Shown piece by piece: positions 10,680 through 21,129 of a DNA stretch of 64,000 nucleotides; within the stretch, counting starts at the first letter, position 1, and each line of letters starts with the position of its first letter. The notes under the pieces were generated by a model that had not been told where the DNA came from, ran no database searches, and saw nothing but the letters and a program-made list of their open reading frames with translations. The stretch covers positions 3,872,001 to 3,936,000 of the forward strand of contig OY820905.2 of assembly GCA_963555755.3 (NCBI GenBank). The letters run 5' to 3'. Origin of the DNA: Nitrospirales bacterium. GTDB taxonomy: Bacteria > Nitrospirota > Nitrospiria > Nitrospirales > UBA8639. The translations under genes were made by a program, and so were the position numbers.

Positions 10680-12013
10680 CATTCTTCTCAGGCAATGATT
10701 CCACAGAGGTTTTTGAAGCCCCATTGACGGGGACCAACGCAGATTATGTGGATGTGAAGGAAAAAGTGCATCAACAAGTTCTGGAAATGTTAGACCTAGC
10801 CGCCCTTGCAAAACTGAGTTCTGAAGAAATTAAGTCTGAATTGAGAAATATCATTATGCGGATTATCAGCGAGCAGAATTTTCCTCTTAATTCAGTTGAA
10901 CGAGATGGGTTGGTGGCAGAGATTGGGCATGAGATCATGGGCCTTGGTCCTTTAGAGCCCTTGATTGAAGATGGCACGATCAATGACATTTTGGTGAATA
11001 GGCCCGATCAAGTGTTTGTTGAACGGAAAGGGAAGCTTCAACTCACGAATGTACGGTTCCGCAATGAAGCGCATTTACGAAAAATCATTGACCGAATCGT
11101 TTCGTCGGTTGGGAGACGGGTTGACGAATCTTCTCCAATGGTTGATGCCCGTTTAACTGACGGGTCTCGCGTCAATGCCATTATTCCTCCGCTGGCGTTG
11201 GATGGCTCTTGCCTATCAATCAGAAAATTCAGCAAAGACAAATTGACGGTTCATGATCTCTTGAACTATCAGACATTGATTCAGCCGATGGCGGAACTCT
11301 TGGAAGCCATTGTGAAAGGGAGACTCAATGTTCTTATTTCAGGTGGAACGGGCTGTGGAAAAACAACCGTTTTGAATATCTTGTCAGGATTCATTCCTGA
11401 TGATGAACGCATCATTACCATCGAAGATGCCGCGGAGCTTCAACTCCGTCAAGAACATGTTGTTCGGTTGGAGACTCGTCCTCCGAATGTCGAGGGACAA
11501 GGCGAAGTGACGCAAAGGGAATTGGTCAAAAATAGTCTGAGGATGCGGCCCGATCGAATCGTCATGGGTGAGGTGCGCGGAGCGGAAACGCTCGACATGT
11601 TGCAAGCGATGAATACTGGTCATGATGGGTCTCTGACCACTATCCATGCGAATTCCCCGAGAGATGCGTTGACAAGGATAGAAACCTTGGTGGCCTTGGC
11701 TGGATTGAATATTTCCACCAAGGCATTGAGGCACTATGTGAGTTCGGCTATTAATGTCATTATCCAATTGGCCCGGCTCTCCGATGGAGGCCGTAAAGTC
11801 ATGAGTATTCAAGAAGTTTCAGGGATGGAGGGGGAGGTGATCACCCTGCAGGAGATTTTTGCCTTTGAGCAGACAGGATTAGGCGAAAACCGAAAAGTTG
11901 TGGGACGGTTTAAGGCGACAGGAGTAAGGCCAAAGTTCGTGGATCGCCTCAAAGCCTTAGGAATTGATGTGGATCCGGATATATTCGATCCATTAGAAAT
12001 TACCGAAGTGTAA
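10676..12013 (+). CDS. cpaF: CpaF/TadA pilus assembly ATPase
   Basis: [32 protein letters not shown]. Confidence 0.97.
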   Translation: MTFFSGNDSTEVFEAPLTGTNADYVDVKEKVHQQVLEMLDLAALAKLSSEEIKSELRNIIMRIISEQNFPLNSVERDGLVAEIGHEIMGLGPLEPLIEDGTINDILVNRPDQVFVERKGKLQLTNVRFRNEAHLRKIIDRIVSSVGRRVDESSPMVDARLTDGSRVNAIIPPLALDGSCLSIRKFSKDKLTVHDLLNYQTLIQPMAELLEAIVKGRLNVLISGGTGCGKTTVLNILSGFIPDDERIITIEDAAELQLRQEHVVRLETRPPNVEGQGEVTQRELVKNSLRMRPDRIVMGEVRGAETLDMLQAMNTGHDGSLTTIHANSPRDALTRIETLVALAGLNISTKALRHYVSSAINVIIQLARLSDGGRKVMSIQEVSGMEGEVITLQEIFAFEQTGLGENRKVVGRFKATGVRPKFVDRLKALGIDVDPDIFDPLEITEV

Positions 12014-12033
12014 GTCTTTCCAGAAAGCCGTTT

Positions 12034-12999
12034 ATGAATATTGTTATCGCCATTGGTTTGTTTATCACCGTCGTGCTCCTTCTAGAGGGACTCTTTTATT
12101 TCTATCGTTCTTCGCTAAGCCCTGAAGCGAGGCGCATAAACCAACGTGTCCGGCGAGGAGAAATTAGGGACACTGTGACAAAAGAAGTCAAGATCCTTCG
12201 CACCCGCAATTTGAGCGAGGTGGCATCGTTTCGAAAAGTATTAGAAAGTTCGGTTCAAATCAATTTTATCGAGCGACTGCTCCGACAGGCCGACAGTCAA
12301 CTTTCCGTTGGCGTCTTTCTGATGCTATCGGCTCTTTTGGGAATCAGTGGGATTATGATTTTTAATCTCTTCAGTATGCATCTGCTTGCTGCTGTTGGTG
12401 TTGGGGTCTTAATGGCCTGCATGCCTTTGGTGATGTTGTTGCGGCAAAGAAAAAAGAGATTTGCGCTCTTCGAAAGGCAATTGCCTGATGCCTTAGACTT
12501 AATCTCGCGAGCGCTACGGGCGGGTCATTCTTTATCGGTAGGCATGAACATGATAGGCGAAGAATTAGCTGCACCAATTGGTAGCGAGTTTGAACGAACT
12601 GTTCAAGAAATATCATTTGGGGTTCCTACCCAAGATGCGTTAGGCAACCTTTGTACTCGGATTGATAGTCTAGAGTTGAAATTCTTTGTCACGGCTTTAT
12701 TGGTTCAATGGGAAACAGGGGGCAATCTTATCGAAATCCTTGAAACGATTAGCGATCTCATTCGCCAGCGCTTTGAATTGCTTAGCCGAGTTCGATCACT
12801 TTCTGCTGAGGGCAGGCTTTCAGCTATCATTTTGTTTGGGATGCCTATAGTCCTCGCTGGCGTAATCAGTTGGGTCAATCCTGATTATATTATTATCATG
12901 ACGGAAGATCCGATTGGGCAGGGCATGTTAGCCTGTGGTGCGTTTCTGATGACCCTCGGAGGTATTATAACGAAAAGAATGGTAAACATCGATGTGTAA
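12034..12999 (+). CDS. tadB: TadB (T2SS F-family) inner-membrane protein
   Basis: QLPDALDLISRALRAGHS, ETGGNL, SAEGRLS. Confidence 0.95.
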   Translation: MNIVIAIGLFITVVLLLEGLFYFYRSSLSPEARRINQRVRRGEIRDTVTKEVKILRTRNLSEVASFRKVLESSVQINFIERLLRQADSQLSVGVFLMLSALLGISGIMIFNLFSMHLLAAVGVGVLMACMPLVMLLRQRKKRFALFERQLPDALDLISRALRAGHSLSVGMNMIGEELAAPIGSEFERTVQEISFGVPTQDALGNLCTRIDSLELKFFVTALLVQWETGGNLIEILETISDLIRQRFELLSRVRSLSAEGRLSAIILFGMPIVLAGVISWVNPDYIIIMTEDPIGQGMLACGAFLMTLGGIITKRMVNIDV

Positions 13000-13014
13000 T
13001 CAGTCAGGCCTGAC

Positions 13015-13968
13015 ATGAGCGAAATATTTACTCCTACAATTCTTGTGGCTGCATTTGCTTTTTTAACAGTAGTATTAGCTGTGGCTGGAACATCTTCGTT
13101 TTGGGAGACCAAACAGCAGGGGCAAGAGCTTAGAAGGCGTGTGAGCGGAAAAGGGGCCGTAAAAAACCAGGCGCAAGGGCAAAAGGTTGTTCAGAAAAGG
13201 GTTTTCGGTTTGTTGGAGTGGTTGGGTAAAACCTCTCAGTCGAAAGATTCTCAAGAGGTTACCTTTTTAAAAAAATCTCTTGTTCGCGCCGGCTACAGAG
13301 AAAAAAGGGCTCCTATGTATTTTTCGGGAGCTAAAATCATTCTTCTCCTGATAGGAGTCGTAATCTTCACATTGATTCATGTGTTCATTTTTCCTCTCCT
13401 CGAGACGCAATGGGTGTATGGATTGTATGGGGGTTTTGCTTTGCTCTTTTTTTATCTCCCGAATTTTTGGTTGAACATAAAGACCGGTAAACGGAAAGAT
13501 AATATTTCGAAGGCTATTCCTCCTACTCTCGATCTTCTGGTGGTTTGCGTAGAAGCAGGGCTGGGGTTGGATGCGGCCATCAAACGGGTAGGAGAAGAAA
13601 TTCAAATTGCTCACCAAGAATTGTATGAGGAATTTCAAATCTTGACTCTTGAATTGCGAGCTGGGCAATCAAGAATTACGGGATTGAAAAATTTGGCTGA
13701 TCGTACAAATCTAGATGAGATGAGGAGTTTAGTGGCATTGTTGGTCCAAACCGATCGGTTTGGAACCAGTTTGGCTCAAGCCCTACGAGTTCATGCGGAT
13801 ACGGTTCGAAAAACCCGACGCTTTAAAGCAGAGGAATATGCAGCAACCTTGCCGGTTAAATTAATGTTCCCAGTTGTATTATTTATTTTTCCCAGTCTCT
13901 TCTTGGTGTTATTGGGGCCGGCTGTGGTGCGAGGCATTCGGATTCTCTTGCCCACACTTGCCCAGTAA
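13015..13968 (+). CDS. tadC: TadC (T2SS F-family) inner-membrane protein
   Basis: LDLLVVCVEAGLGLD, QTDRFGTS, VKLMFP. Confidence 0.95.
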   Translation: MSEIFTPTILVAAFAFLTVVLAVAGTSSFWETKQQGQELRRRVSGKGAVKNQAQGQKVVQKRVFGLLEWLGKTSQSKDSQEVTFLKKSLVRAGYREKRAPMYFSGAKIILLLIGVVIFTLIHVFIFPLLETQWVYGLYGGFALLFFYLPNFWLNIKTGKRKDNISKAIPPTLDLLVVCVEAGLGLDAAIKRVGEEIQIAHQELYEEFQILTLELRAGQSRITGLKNLADRTNLDEMRSLVALLVQTDRFGTSLAQALRVHADTVRKTRRFKAEEYAATLPVKLMFPVVLFIFPSLFLVLLGPAVVRGIRILLPTLAQ

Positions 13969-14031
13969 AATTCACAATGGGTTATGAAACAAATGGTCAA
14001 CACACAGAATCGCGAATTAGGGTATAAGTAA

Positions 14032-15012
14032 ATGTTAGAGTTGCGTTCATCCATCATTGGAAAATCTCCAGGCTTCGTGAAGGTGATGAGTTCTCTTCCA
14101 GCCTTGGCGGCCTCTGATGCCCCAATCATGGTTCTTGGAGAAACCGGGACCGGAAAAGAACTCATAGCCCAGGAAATTCATCAATATAGCCCAAGGGCAC
14201 CAAAAAACTTTTTCCCGATTAATTGCGCGGCTATTCCGAATGAACTTTTTGAAAGTGAACTTTTTGGATCTGCTAAAGGTGCCTTTACGGATTCTAAAAT
14301 GGAAAAGCCAGGAATTCTTCAAAGCATCGATGGCGGAACTCTGTTTTTGGATGAAATTGATTGCATAGATTTCAATACCCAAGCCAAGCTGTTACGATTT
14401 ATTCAAGAGGGTGAGTTTAAGCCCTTGGGATATTGTCGGAATATCAAGTCCGATATTCGCATTATCGCGTCTACCAATGCTGACTTAGGCCAAAAAATCA
14501 GGGATAAAAATTTCCGGGAAGACTTATTTTATCGCTTAAATGTTTTAAATATTACTCTCCCCCCACTTCGGGAGAGAATTGAAGATATCCCTCTCTTAGC
14601 GGATTATTTTTTGGAAAAATTTTCTTCTAAATACAAAAAATTAAATATGTCCTTAGCTCCAGAAACCATTCTTAGTTTTTTATCCTATGAGTGGCCAGGA
14701 AATATTAGGGAATTGGAGGGGATCATGGAACGCGCGATCCTTACGGCTCGCTCGACGTGTATTCAACCTCAAGACATTGTGTTTTCGATTCAAACTGATG
14801 AAAAGGCCTTCGGACAGGTCCCCTATTATGTTGCGAGAAATGAAGTGCTCGATCGCTTTGAGCGGTCCTATCTTCTTGTAACATTAAGGGCTTACGGTGG
14901 GAATGTATCGCGAGCTGCGGATGGGGCAGGTGTCGACCGACGAATATTGCAGAGGCTTCTTCGAAAACACCAAATTGACCGTTCGGAATTTTCCGAAAAG
15001 ATGTCTCCCTAA
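14032..15012 (+). CDS. Sigma-54 enhancer-binding protein (AAA+ and Fis HTH, no receiver domain)
   Basis: GETGTGKE, ESELFGSAKGAFTDS, LFLDEI, FREDLFYRLNV, WPGNIREL, GNVSRAA. Confidence 0.92.
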   Translation: MLELRSSIIGKSPGFVKVMSSLPALAASDAPIMVLGETGTGKELIAQEIHQYSPRAPKNFFPINCAAIPNELFESELFGSAKGAFTDSKMEKPGILQSIDGGTLFLDEIDCIDFNTQAKLLRFIQEGEFKPLGYCRNIKSDIRIIASTNADLGQKIRDKNFREDLFYRLNVLNITLPPLRERIEDIPLLADYFLEKFSSKYKKLNMSLAPETILSFLSYEWPGNIRELEGIMERAILTARSTCIQPQDIVFSIQTDEKAFGQVPYYVARNEVLDRFERSYLLVTLRAYGGNVSRAADGAGVDRRILQRLLRKHQIDRSEFSEKMSP

Positions 15013-15103
15013 TGCGATCAATTTTCCGTAGAGTTTGGATGTTTGGGATAAAAGGAAAAGACTGGAATAAAAATTCTTTTGGTTTTGCAATGAAAGGGGT
15101 TCC

Positions 15104-15580
15104 ATGCTGATAGAGCCATTAATAGGGGCAATGATAGGAGGGCTTGTTGCCTATTTTAAAAAAAGTCAAGAAGAGAAAATTGAGGACGACCATAGCAAGG
15201 TTGTTAGGCTAGGGGAATACTTTACCACACTTGCCGCTTACCTGCGAGAGATCCAAAAGGATTTAAGTCATGGGATTGTGCCCATCGAAGCTGGCAACAA
15301 AGTTAAGAGAACAATGGAAATTTTTTCAAAAAGTATTGAGAATATGGCAGGCACAAGCCAAAGCGCGCGTAAAGCATTACGTGATGACCATGAAGCAATG
15401 AGACAGTGTTTGACAGCCGGTACATTTCTGGAGGAAATGGTTCAAGGGAAAATCCTATATGCCAATAACGTAGAGCGTCGGGAAAAATTATATGACCTGG
15501 GGTGCACTGCGGCGAACCTTGAGAAAAGGGGGAACCAGCTTCTAGGTCATCCTCATTCAGGTATTCATCCCAGTGCCTAA
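15104..15580 (+). CDS. Hypothetical protein with N-terminal membrane anchor
   Basis: 158-aa ORF with an RBS-like aagggg; hydrophobic N-terminus. Confidence 0.55.
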   Translation: MLIEPLIGAMIGGLVAYFKKSQEEKIEDDHSKVVRLGEYFTTLAAYLREIQKDLSHGIVPIEAGNKVKRTMEIFSKSIENMAGTSQSARKALRDDHEAMRQCLTAGTFLEEMVQGKILYANNVERREKLYDLGCTAANLEKRGNQLLGHPHSGIHPSA

Positions 15581-15942
15581 AACCGGGATTCCCCATTCAA
15601 TTGCCAAACATCTCTGTATTGGTTAAAACAAAACATCCGCTGATAACACGTCCGGCCAAAAATGCTTAAAATAGGCCGAGCCTTCCTGGCAACCATCAAT
15701 CGGATTTTCCTGGCAGTTCAGGTGGAGAATAAAAATTTTCAAAAGAATAAGGAATCCCAAAGACCACTTGGGTAATCTACTGGCCACATCAAATTGTTTA
15801 GGCTTCTAATATTCTCATCATATTACCACTATCTCAGGTTAAAATTCAGGGATCAATCGCAATTTTGGTGGAGTGAGAACTAGCCCATCGTTTGTTATTC
15901 TCGTGACGGGGTCCGCCCGGACCATAGCGCTACTCCACATAA

Positions 15943-16082
15943 GGGCACCTCTACAAACCAGGCATTTTGGTGAGGGCAAGGAAGCCGCGCGCGGAAAACC
16001 GGAGTGTATGGGCGAATACATGAGGATGTGAGCACGCGGCTGACGCCGGCATCACGGAAAAGGACGGTTTTTAGAGGTGCCC
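15943..16082. mobile_element. MITE family D copy 2 (inverted)
   Basis: Reverse complement of 5263-5403. Confidence 0.9.
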
Positions 16083-16535
16083 ATTACATATTTCCGTTCG
16101 ACCTCCTCGCTTCGTCTTACGGATTTCCCGTAGCTGCAGCATCTCATGCGGTCTCTTCCTGACGTCAGTGGACATTGCTGCGGGGGGGGCACGATGAGAT
16201 CGTGCTGCAGCTATACAAGAAAGAAAGCCCCCACAAGGAGTATCCTACAGGGATAATGCGGTAATGCTGCTTGGATATTACGATAGCCTGTTCACACCAA
16301 AGGCCAAACTTTACCAAAATTTCAACTGGTCCAAATCCACAGGGTTCTGTTTCTGTGTACAAAATAGAATGCATGTGAAGTGTGACAAGTAAGTCGCACA
16401 GAGAGGGCCTTGATCTTGTGGGATTATTTTAGGAATTCCTTGTGAAGTTGTAAGGATGGTGCGACAAACCGTCCGCGGATCATTTTTATTGCGAATGCTA
16501 AGTCTTTAAAAAACAAAGGAAAATTTATCATCGTT

Positions 16536-16552
16536 TTGGCACAGAGATTGCT
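16536..16552 (+). promoter_or_regulatory. Sigma-54 promoter of flp
   Basis: TTGGCACAGAGATTGCT matches TGGCAC-N5-TTGC, ~60 bp before the flp ATG. Confidence 0.85.
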
Positions 16553-16610
16553 TGTTATATCGTGTAGAAGTTATTTATTAACAGTTTTAGGACGGATGGA
16601 GGTACATACC

Positions 16611-16784
16611 ATGGTCAAGGCAATGGTAAGGTTTTTAAAAGATGAAGAAGGGGCCACCGCGATTGAGTATGGGCTTATTGCGGCGCTAATTTCTGTCGCT
16701 ATTATTATTGGCGCAGGCCTTGTTGGAACAGCGGTAAACACAACCTTTACGACTGTCGCTGGTAAAATGACTCCAGCTAATTAA
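16611..16784 (+). CDS. flp: Flp type IVb pilin
   Basis: FLKDEEGATAIEYGLIAALI Flp motif; GGAGG RBS. Confidence 0.95.
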   Translation: MVKAMVRFLKDEEGATAIEYGLIAALISVAIIIGAGLVGTAVNTTFTTVAGKMTPAN

Positions 16785-17118
16785 AAAGCACTGGCGACCT
16801 TTAAGTAAGCGGGTTAAGGCCCTCTGGGATTTTTGGAGATGTTTTTCTGGAATCTTAGGGGGCCATCCCCTCCAAAATGGTTTACGAGCGAAATTCCCCT
16901 CCGAGCAACACACAGTCTTTTCCTTATCCCTCTGCGTAGTTATTCGTTCATATACACACCTGGGTTTATAGGTTTCATACTTTGGAAGACCAGATTCCTA
17001 TAATAAAGTTTGAAGGGAAACATAAATTTGGTCTTTGGTGAGTACTACCTAAATTGCGCATTTCGAAAGTCAAGAGAGGGGTGTACTCTATAAGAAAAAT
17101 CTACATTGGAGGGATAAT

Positions 17119-17952
17119 ATGTTACGACATCGGCTTACTCTGGGATTAGCTTTGGGAACCGGACTGTTCACCAGCATTTTTGCCTATAATGCCATGAATG
17201 ATGGAGCTATTGAAAAAACCGTTTCTCAGTCCATGCATGAGTATAATTTTCAATCAGTGGCTGTGGCCTCGACTGCTCTTCCTTGGGGAACGGTTTTTGC
17301 TGAGGAAATGGTCAAAGTTGTGGATTATCCGGATGGCAGTGTGCCAAGTGGCGCCTTTGCAGCGTATGATTCTTTGAAGGGCAGAGTTCTCTTATCCAAT
17401 CTTCAACCCAATGAACCTATTCTGGAGTCAAAACTCGCTCCTGAAAGCATGGAAACTGGTGGGGTTTCGGCGATTTTACATCCAGAAAAACGGGCAATGG
17501 CTGTTAAGGTCAATGAAGCTGTTGGTGTTGGTGGGTTTATGAAGCCTGGTGATAAGGTTGACGTTATGGTGACCATTGATAGGGGTGGAGAGAAAAAGAA
17601 AAAGATTATAACGAAGACTGTGCTGGAAAATATCTTGGTTTTAGCGAGTGGTATTCACATGGAGCGACAAGGTAAAGAAGAAGAAGCTGTTCCCGTCAAG
17701 TATATCACTTTAGAAGTGACTCCCAAGGAAGCTGAAAAGCTTGCTCTGGCTATCAATGAGGGGAATATCCGTTTTGCATTGAGAAGTCCGCTGAATTCTG
17801 ATCCGATTCTCACAAAAGGAGAAACGGTTCCATCCCTTTTGGACTCCTATACAGCTAAGAGAACTGCCAGGAAATATAAACCGCAAAGAAAGCAGAGGGT
17901 CGAAATCCTAAAAGGGGTTGAACTGAGTTCTGTTTCGGTTGTGAAGATGTAA
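17119..17952 (+). CDS. cpaB: CpaB/RcpC pilus assembly protein
   Basis: SAF-like region; RAMAVKVN..GVGGFMKPGDKVDV; TLEVTPKEAEKL. Confidence 0.93.
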   Translation: MLRHRLTLGLALGTGLFTSIFAYNAMNDGAIEKTVSQSMHEYNFQSVAVASTALPWGTVFAEEMVKVVDYPDGSVPSGAFAAYDSLKGRVLLSNLQPNEPILESKLAPESMETGGVSAILHPEKRAMAVKVNEAVGVGGFMKPGDKVDVMVTIDRGGEKKKKIITKTVLENILVLASGIHMERQGKEEEAVPVKYITLEVTPKEAEKLALAINEGNIRFALRSPLNSDPILTKGETVPSLLDSYTAKRTARKYKPQRKQRVEILKGVELSSVSVVKM

Positions 17953-17995
17953 CTTCCTGTTTGTTATTCATATGTTTCTGATTCTCTTTCTGTAA

Positions 17996-19444
17996 CTACT
18001 CAGGTGTGATGATCTTTGTAGTGAATTGTGCAGGCATAAAGGGGTGGCCGATCATGGCTTGTGAAATGGCTTGCAGCATGTTGCCGCCCTGCTTTCTCGC
18101 GGTAGAAAGGTAGCTTCGTATGCGGGCGAACTGCCTCGCGCCTTGAAGCGTTCGAAAACACCCGGATATTTTGAGGCGGAGCTTGATCATGCGGATATCC
18201 TGTTCTGCCAGATTATTAGTGAAGGGAACCTGTCTGTCATGGAGGAACGCGAGCACGGAGGCTTCATGCTCGCCAAGACGGGTGAGGAGATTTTGGGCCT
18301 TGGTCTTTTTGGGCCGGCCTCGTGACTTTTTCTGTGGCGGTGCCGGAAGGGGGTTGGCCTGCCATCCGAGGGTGAGAAGATCCCTGTATTGTTTCAGCCA
18401 GGGGGTTTTCTGTTCTTCCGTTAACTGTGCGAGTTGCTTGCTGACAAACACGTTCATCGTCAGCAACAGGTCAAACATGTGTTTGGCCCATGGTTGTTCG
18501 TGCTGCTCGAACAGGCACGTGAGTTCCCGCAAATGATGGGCGTTACAGAGGCCGTGGGCACAGTCATAGGAGAGATAGGGTTTCCAGAAATCGTGGATCA
18601 GGCGGCCAGCAAAATCCGGGAGGATCTGGAACTGCTCGATCGCCTCTCTTCCCCGTTTGGCGTGCACACCGTAAAAGGTCAACGTGGCCGTGCTGGCACT
18701 GTGGAGCCAGTGGAGCGTCCCGGCCGTGCGGACGCCGCTTTCATCGGCATGGAGGATGGGACTCTTGCCGAGCGCTTCTTTGACCGCAGTCTCGAACGGC
18801 GCGAGGTGCTCATAACTTCGGCGGGAGGCCTCGTCAATGGTGGCGTCGCTGACCGAGGCGCCATACAGATCAGCCATCATCTGGCTGACACGGCGTAAGG
18901 GGATCAACTGTTGGTTCTGGAGGTAGACCAGGAGGCTGCGAAATCTGGGACCGTACTGTGCCGGCGCAGGCAGGTCATCAGGAAATGACGCCGTGACCGA
19001 GCGGCCGCATTGGGGGCAGGTTTTGATTGCTCCCCGATATTCGGTGACGTCGAGTTTTGGCTCCGGCAGTTCAAAGAGCTGCCGGCGTTCATAGCCGGTG
19101 ACCGTCTCGTTGGTGAGGTCGGCATGGCAGGAACAGGAGTGAACAGGCAGGTGGACCAGGTGGTCTGGGGTTTCCACCTGTTTTAACGTCTGGCCGGCAT
19201 GTCCCTGTTGGCCGCCCGGCTTTTTCCCGGAAGGTATGCGCAGGCTCTTGGTTCGGGGCTTGGCCGGTCCATCGGACGAGGGCGGTTTGCTGCTGTTGCG
19301 ACTGTGTTGGTCGAGCCGCTGTGCCAGTTCGGTGACATGCGTGGTCAGCGCCTGCCCCTGTTCCTGCAGCGCCAGGATCAGTTCGACGAGCGCCTCGGGG
19401 TTGCTCTTGGCCAGGATGAGGAGTGCGTCGCGGGTGAAGGTCAT
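17996..19444 (-). CDS. IS66-family transposase (TnpC-like)
   Basis: SRNSSKPPSSD, zinc finger, LHADESG, HGLCNAHHLREL, FTNNLAEQDIR, KISGCFRT. Confidence 0.95.
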   Translation of the reverse strand: MTFTRDALLILAKSNPEALVELILALQEQGQALTTHVTELAQRLDQHSRNSSKPPSSDGPAKPRTKSLRIPSGKKPGGQQGHAGQTLKQVETPDHLVHLPVHSCSCHADLTNETVTGYERRQLFELPEPKLDVTEYRGAIKTCPQCGRSVTASFPDDLPAPAQYGPRFRSLLVYLQNQQLIPLRRVSQMMADLYGASVSDATIDEASRRSYEHLAPFETAVKEALGKSPILHADESGVRTAGTLHWLHSASTATLTFYGVHAKRGREAIEQFQILPDFAGRLIHDFWKPYLSYDCAHGLCNAHHLRELTCLFEQHEQPWAKHMFDLLLTMNVFVSKQLAQLTEEQKTPWLKQYRDLLTLGWQANPLPAPPQKKSRGRPKKTKAQNLLTRLGEHEASVLAFLHDRQVPFTNNLAEQDIRMIKLRLKISGCFRTLQGARQFARIRSYLSTARKQGGNMLQAISQAMIGHPFMPAQFTTKIITPE

Positions 19445-20328
19445 GGCTTGCTCCGGCAGAGGGCCTGTCGGAAGTGGCGGATGAGGGGATAGAGATAAAT
19501 TGCCTTCACCGGCACGCGCAGAGCCTTGTCACGGTCCTGCCGGGACCGGCCTTTGGTCTGCCCGACATAGAGCCAGTTCGCGGCCTGATAGCAGATACCT
19601 TTGAAGCGGTCTCGCTCCACAAAGGTCTCCACCAAGTGGACGGGATGGCCGTATTTCTCGATCCAGTCCTGCCGGAGACGTCTCATGACCCGGCCCAGGA
19701 GATGGCTGGCCAGATGCGGCACACGCACCCAGGGCAGGATGAGAAAGCGGGTATTGTTGGTCATGAAGTTGAGGTTGGCGGCTCGGGTGTCCGGCTCCCA
19801 GCCGATAAAGGTGTCGCGCGGGGTGGTTTTCCAGGCGGCGGAACCGAAGAGGAGGCAGGCCAGATCCTGCCCGGAGCGATCCCGCACCAGGTACTTGAGA
19901 TGTTCACCGACCGTTCGGGTGAACCCGAGGTAGTGATGGTGGCTCAGGTAATATCCCACACAACTGGCTTCGTAGGAATGTGAGGTTGGAATATGAATGG
20001 ACAGGGGCGTCAGGGTCTTGAGAGCTGCGTCGATGTGCGGGGCTTCGGGAGGCATAAACCCCTTTCGGAAAGGGGGGAAGATGTTGCGTCGAGAGGCGAC
20101 ACGAATCGGGGGCAGCTTCAGGAGCCCGCGATGTTCGAGTTTGTCGATCATGCTGCGGGCGGCAAAGGTTTTCAGTTGTCCGGACGGGGTCTGCCAGCCC
20201 CAGTGCCGACAAATATGCTGGGTTATTTTATGGCGGCTCCAGTCAGGGTGCCGGCAAACCAGATGGCGTAACCAGCACAGATCAGATTGGGGGAGGCGAC
20301 GACCTTGACATGTAATCGCTTCATTCAT
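19441..20328 (-). CDS. DUF4338 (DruA-like) domain protein
   Basis: HHYLG, RDTFIGW, NNTRFLILPWVRVPHLASHLL, LVETFV, CYQAANW..VGQTKGR; ATGA overlap with the transposase. Confidence 0.85.
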   Translation of the reverse strand: MNEAITCQGRRLPQSDLCWLRHLVCRHPDWSRHKITQHICRHWGWQTPSGQLKTFAARSMIDKLEHRGLLKLPPIRVASRRNIFPPFRKGFMPPEAPHIDAALKTLTPLSIHIPTSHSYEASCVGYYLSHHHYLGFTRTVGEHLKYLVRDRSGQDLACLLFGSAAWKTTPRDTFIGWEPDTRAANLNFMTNNTRFLILPWVRVPHLASHLLGRVMRRLRQDWIEKYGHPVHLVETFVERDRFKGICYQAANWLYVGQTKGRSRQDRDKALRVPVKAIYLYPLIRHFRQALCRSKP

Positions 20329-20531
20329 GGCCCCGATTATGCCATGGGTGGAGCCGTTAGTCCAGAAAAAAATCAGGCTATAGAAAATTGACCTGAGTAG
20401 TTACCTCTTTCTTTACGTTCCTGGATTAACGAGTTTGTACTAGAGACTTATATTCTTCCAAGGAGATTGGGTCAAACGGTAAAAAAGAGCTTGGAAGGGA
20501 ATGATGAGTAAAAAGAAGTGGAAAGGCAGTT

Positions 20532-21089
20532 TTGAAAGTGTTCAAATTTAAAGTTGAAAATTTTTTATTGCTAATCCTTTTGACTAGTATGGTGGTGTTT
20601 ACCAGCCAGCATGGATGGGCTTCGACATTTTTGGAGAAAGAGTCTCTGCGAGGGCTGCCAGGAATTCTTTTAAAACCTTTGAATTTCATCTCTACACCAA
20701 TAAAAATAAATGGTGAGTTGCCAATTTCCCAGTTAACCGCGGAGATTGAAGCTGAATTTCGCTACGCAGGCATTCTACTTGACGAAAAAGCCTTTGAAAG
20801 CTCGAACGAACGCCCGTTCCTGGAGATTCAAGGTGCTGTGACTCAGATCGCTGCCAATCTTTATGCCTATACAATTATACTTGAACTCCACCAACAAGCC
20901 GCCTTGCTACGAAATGCCAGTCGGCCTTGGGTGGTAACATGGAGCCTTGGGTCACTCTCTACTGGTGACATTAAAAAATTCCAGGACCGCCTTCAGCTTC
21001 TCGTCCGTATGTTTATCCAGGACTATAAGGAGGTAAATGCCAGGCCTGCTCAGGCCCGGTCCATTTCCTGGATCCCTTCCAACTACTAA
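20532..21089 (+). CDS. Hypothetical exported protein
   Basis: Signal-peptide-like N-terminus; 185 aa. Confidence 0.6.
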   Translation: MKVFKFKVENFLLLILLTSMVVFTSQHGWASTFLEKESLRGLPGILLKPLNFISTPIKINGELPISQLTAEIEAEFRYAGILLDEKAFESSNERPFLEIQGAVTQIAANLYAYTIILELHQQAALLRNASRPWVVTWSLGSLSTGDIKKFQDRLQLLVRMFIQDYKEVNARPAQARSISWIPSNY

Positions 21090-21129
21090 ATAGTTTTCTG
21101 CTTTCCGAGACCTTTCCCTTCGAAGGGAA

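Larger units (their letters stand above)
17992..20404 (-). mobile_element. IS66-family element (ISBst12-like) with a passenger gene
   Basis: TIR gtaactactcaggt / acctgagtagttac; perfect 8-bp TSD ctctttct (17984-17991, 20405-20412); higher GC than flanks. Confidence 0.93.

Noticed and set aside
16133..16211. Imperfect hairpin upstream of flp as a c-di-GMP riboswitch
   Set aside because: GEMM-type conserved motifs were not recognisable, and it lies upstream of the sigma-54 promoter; an Rfam scan would settle it.
19441..20328. Complete Druantia system
   Set aside because: No DruE-like helicase or other dru genes; the gene lies inside an IS.
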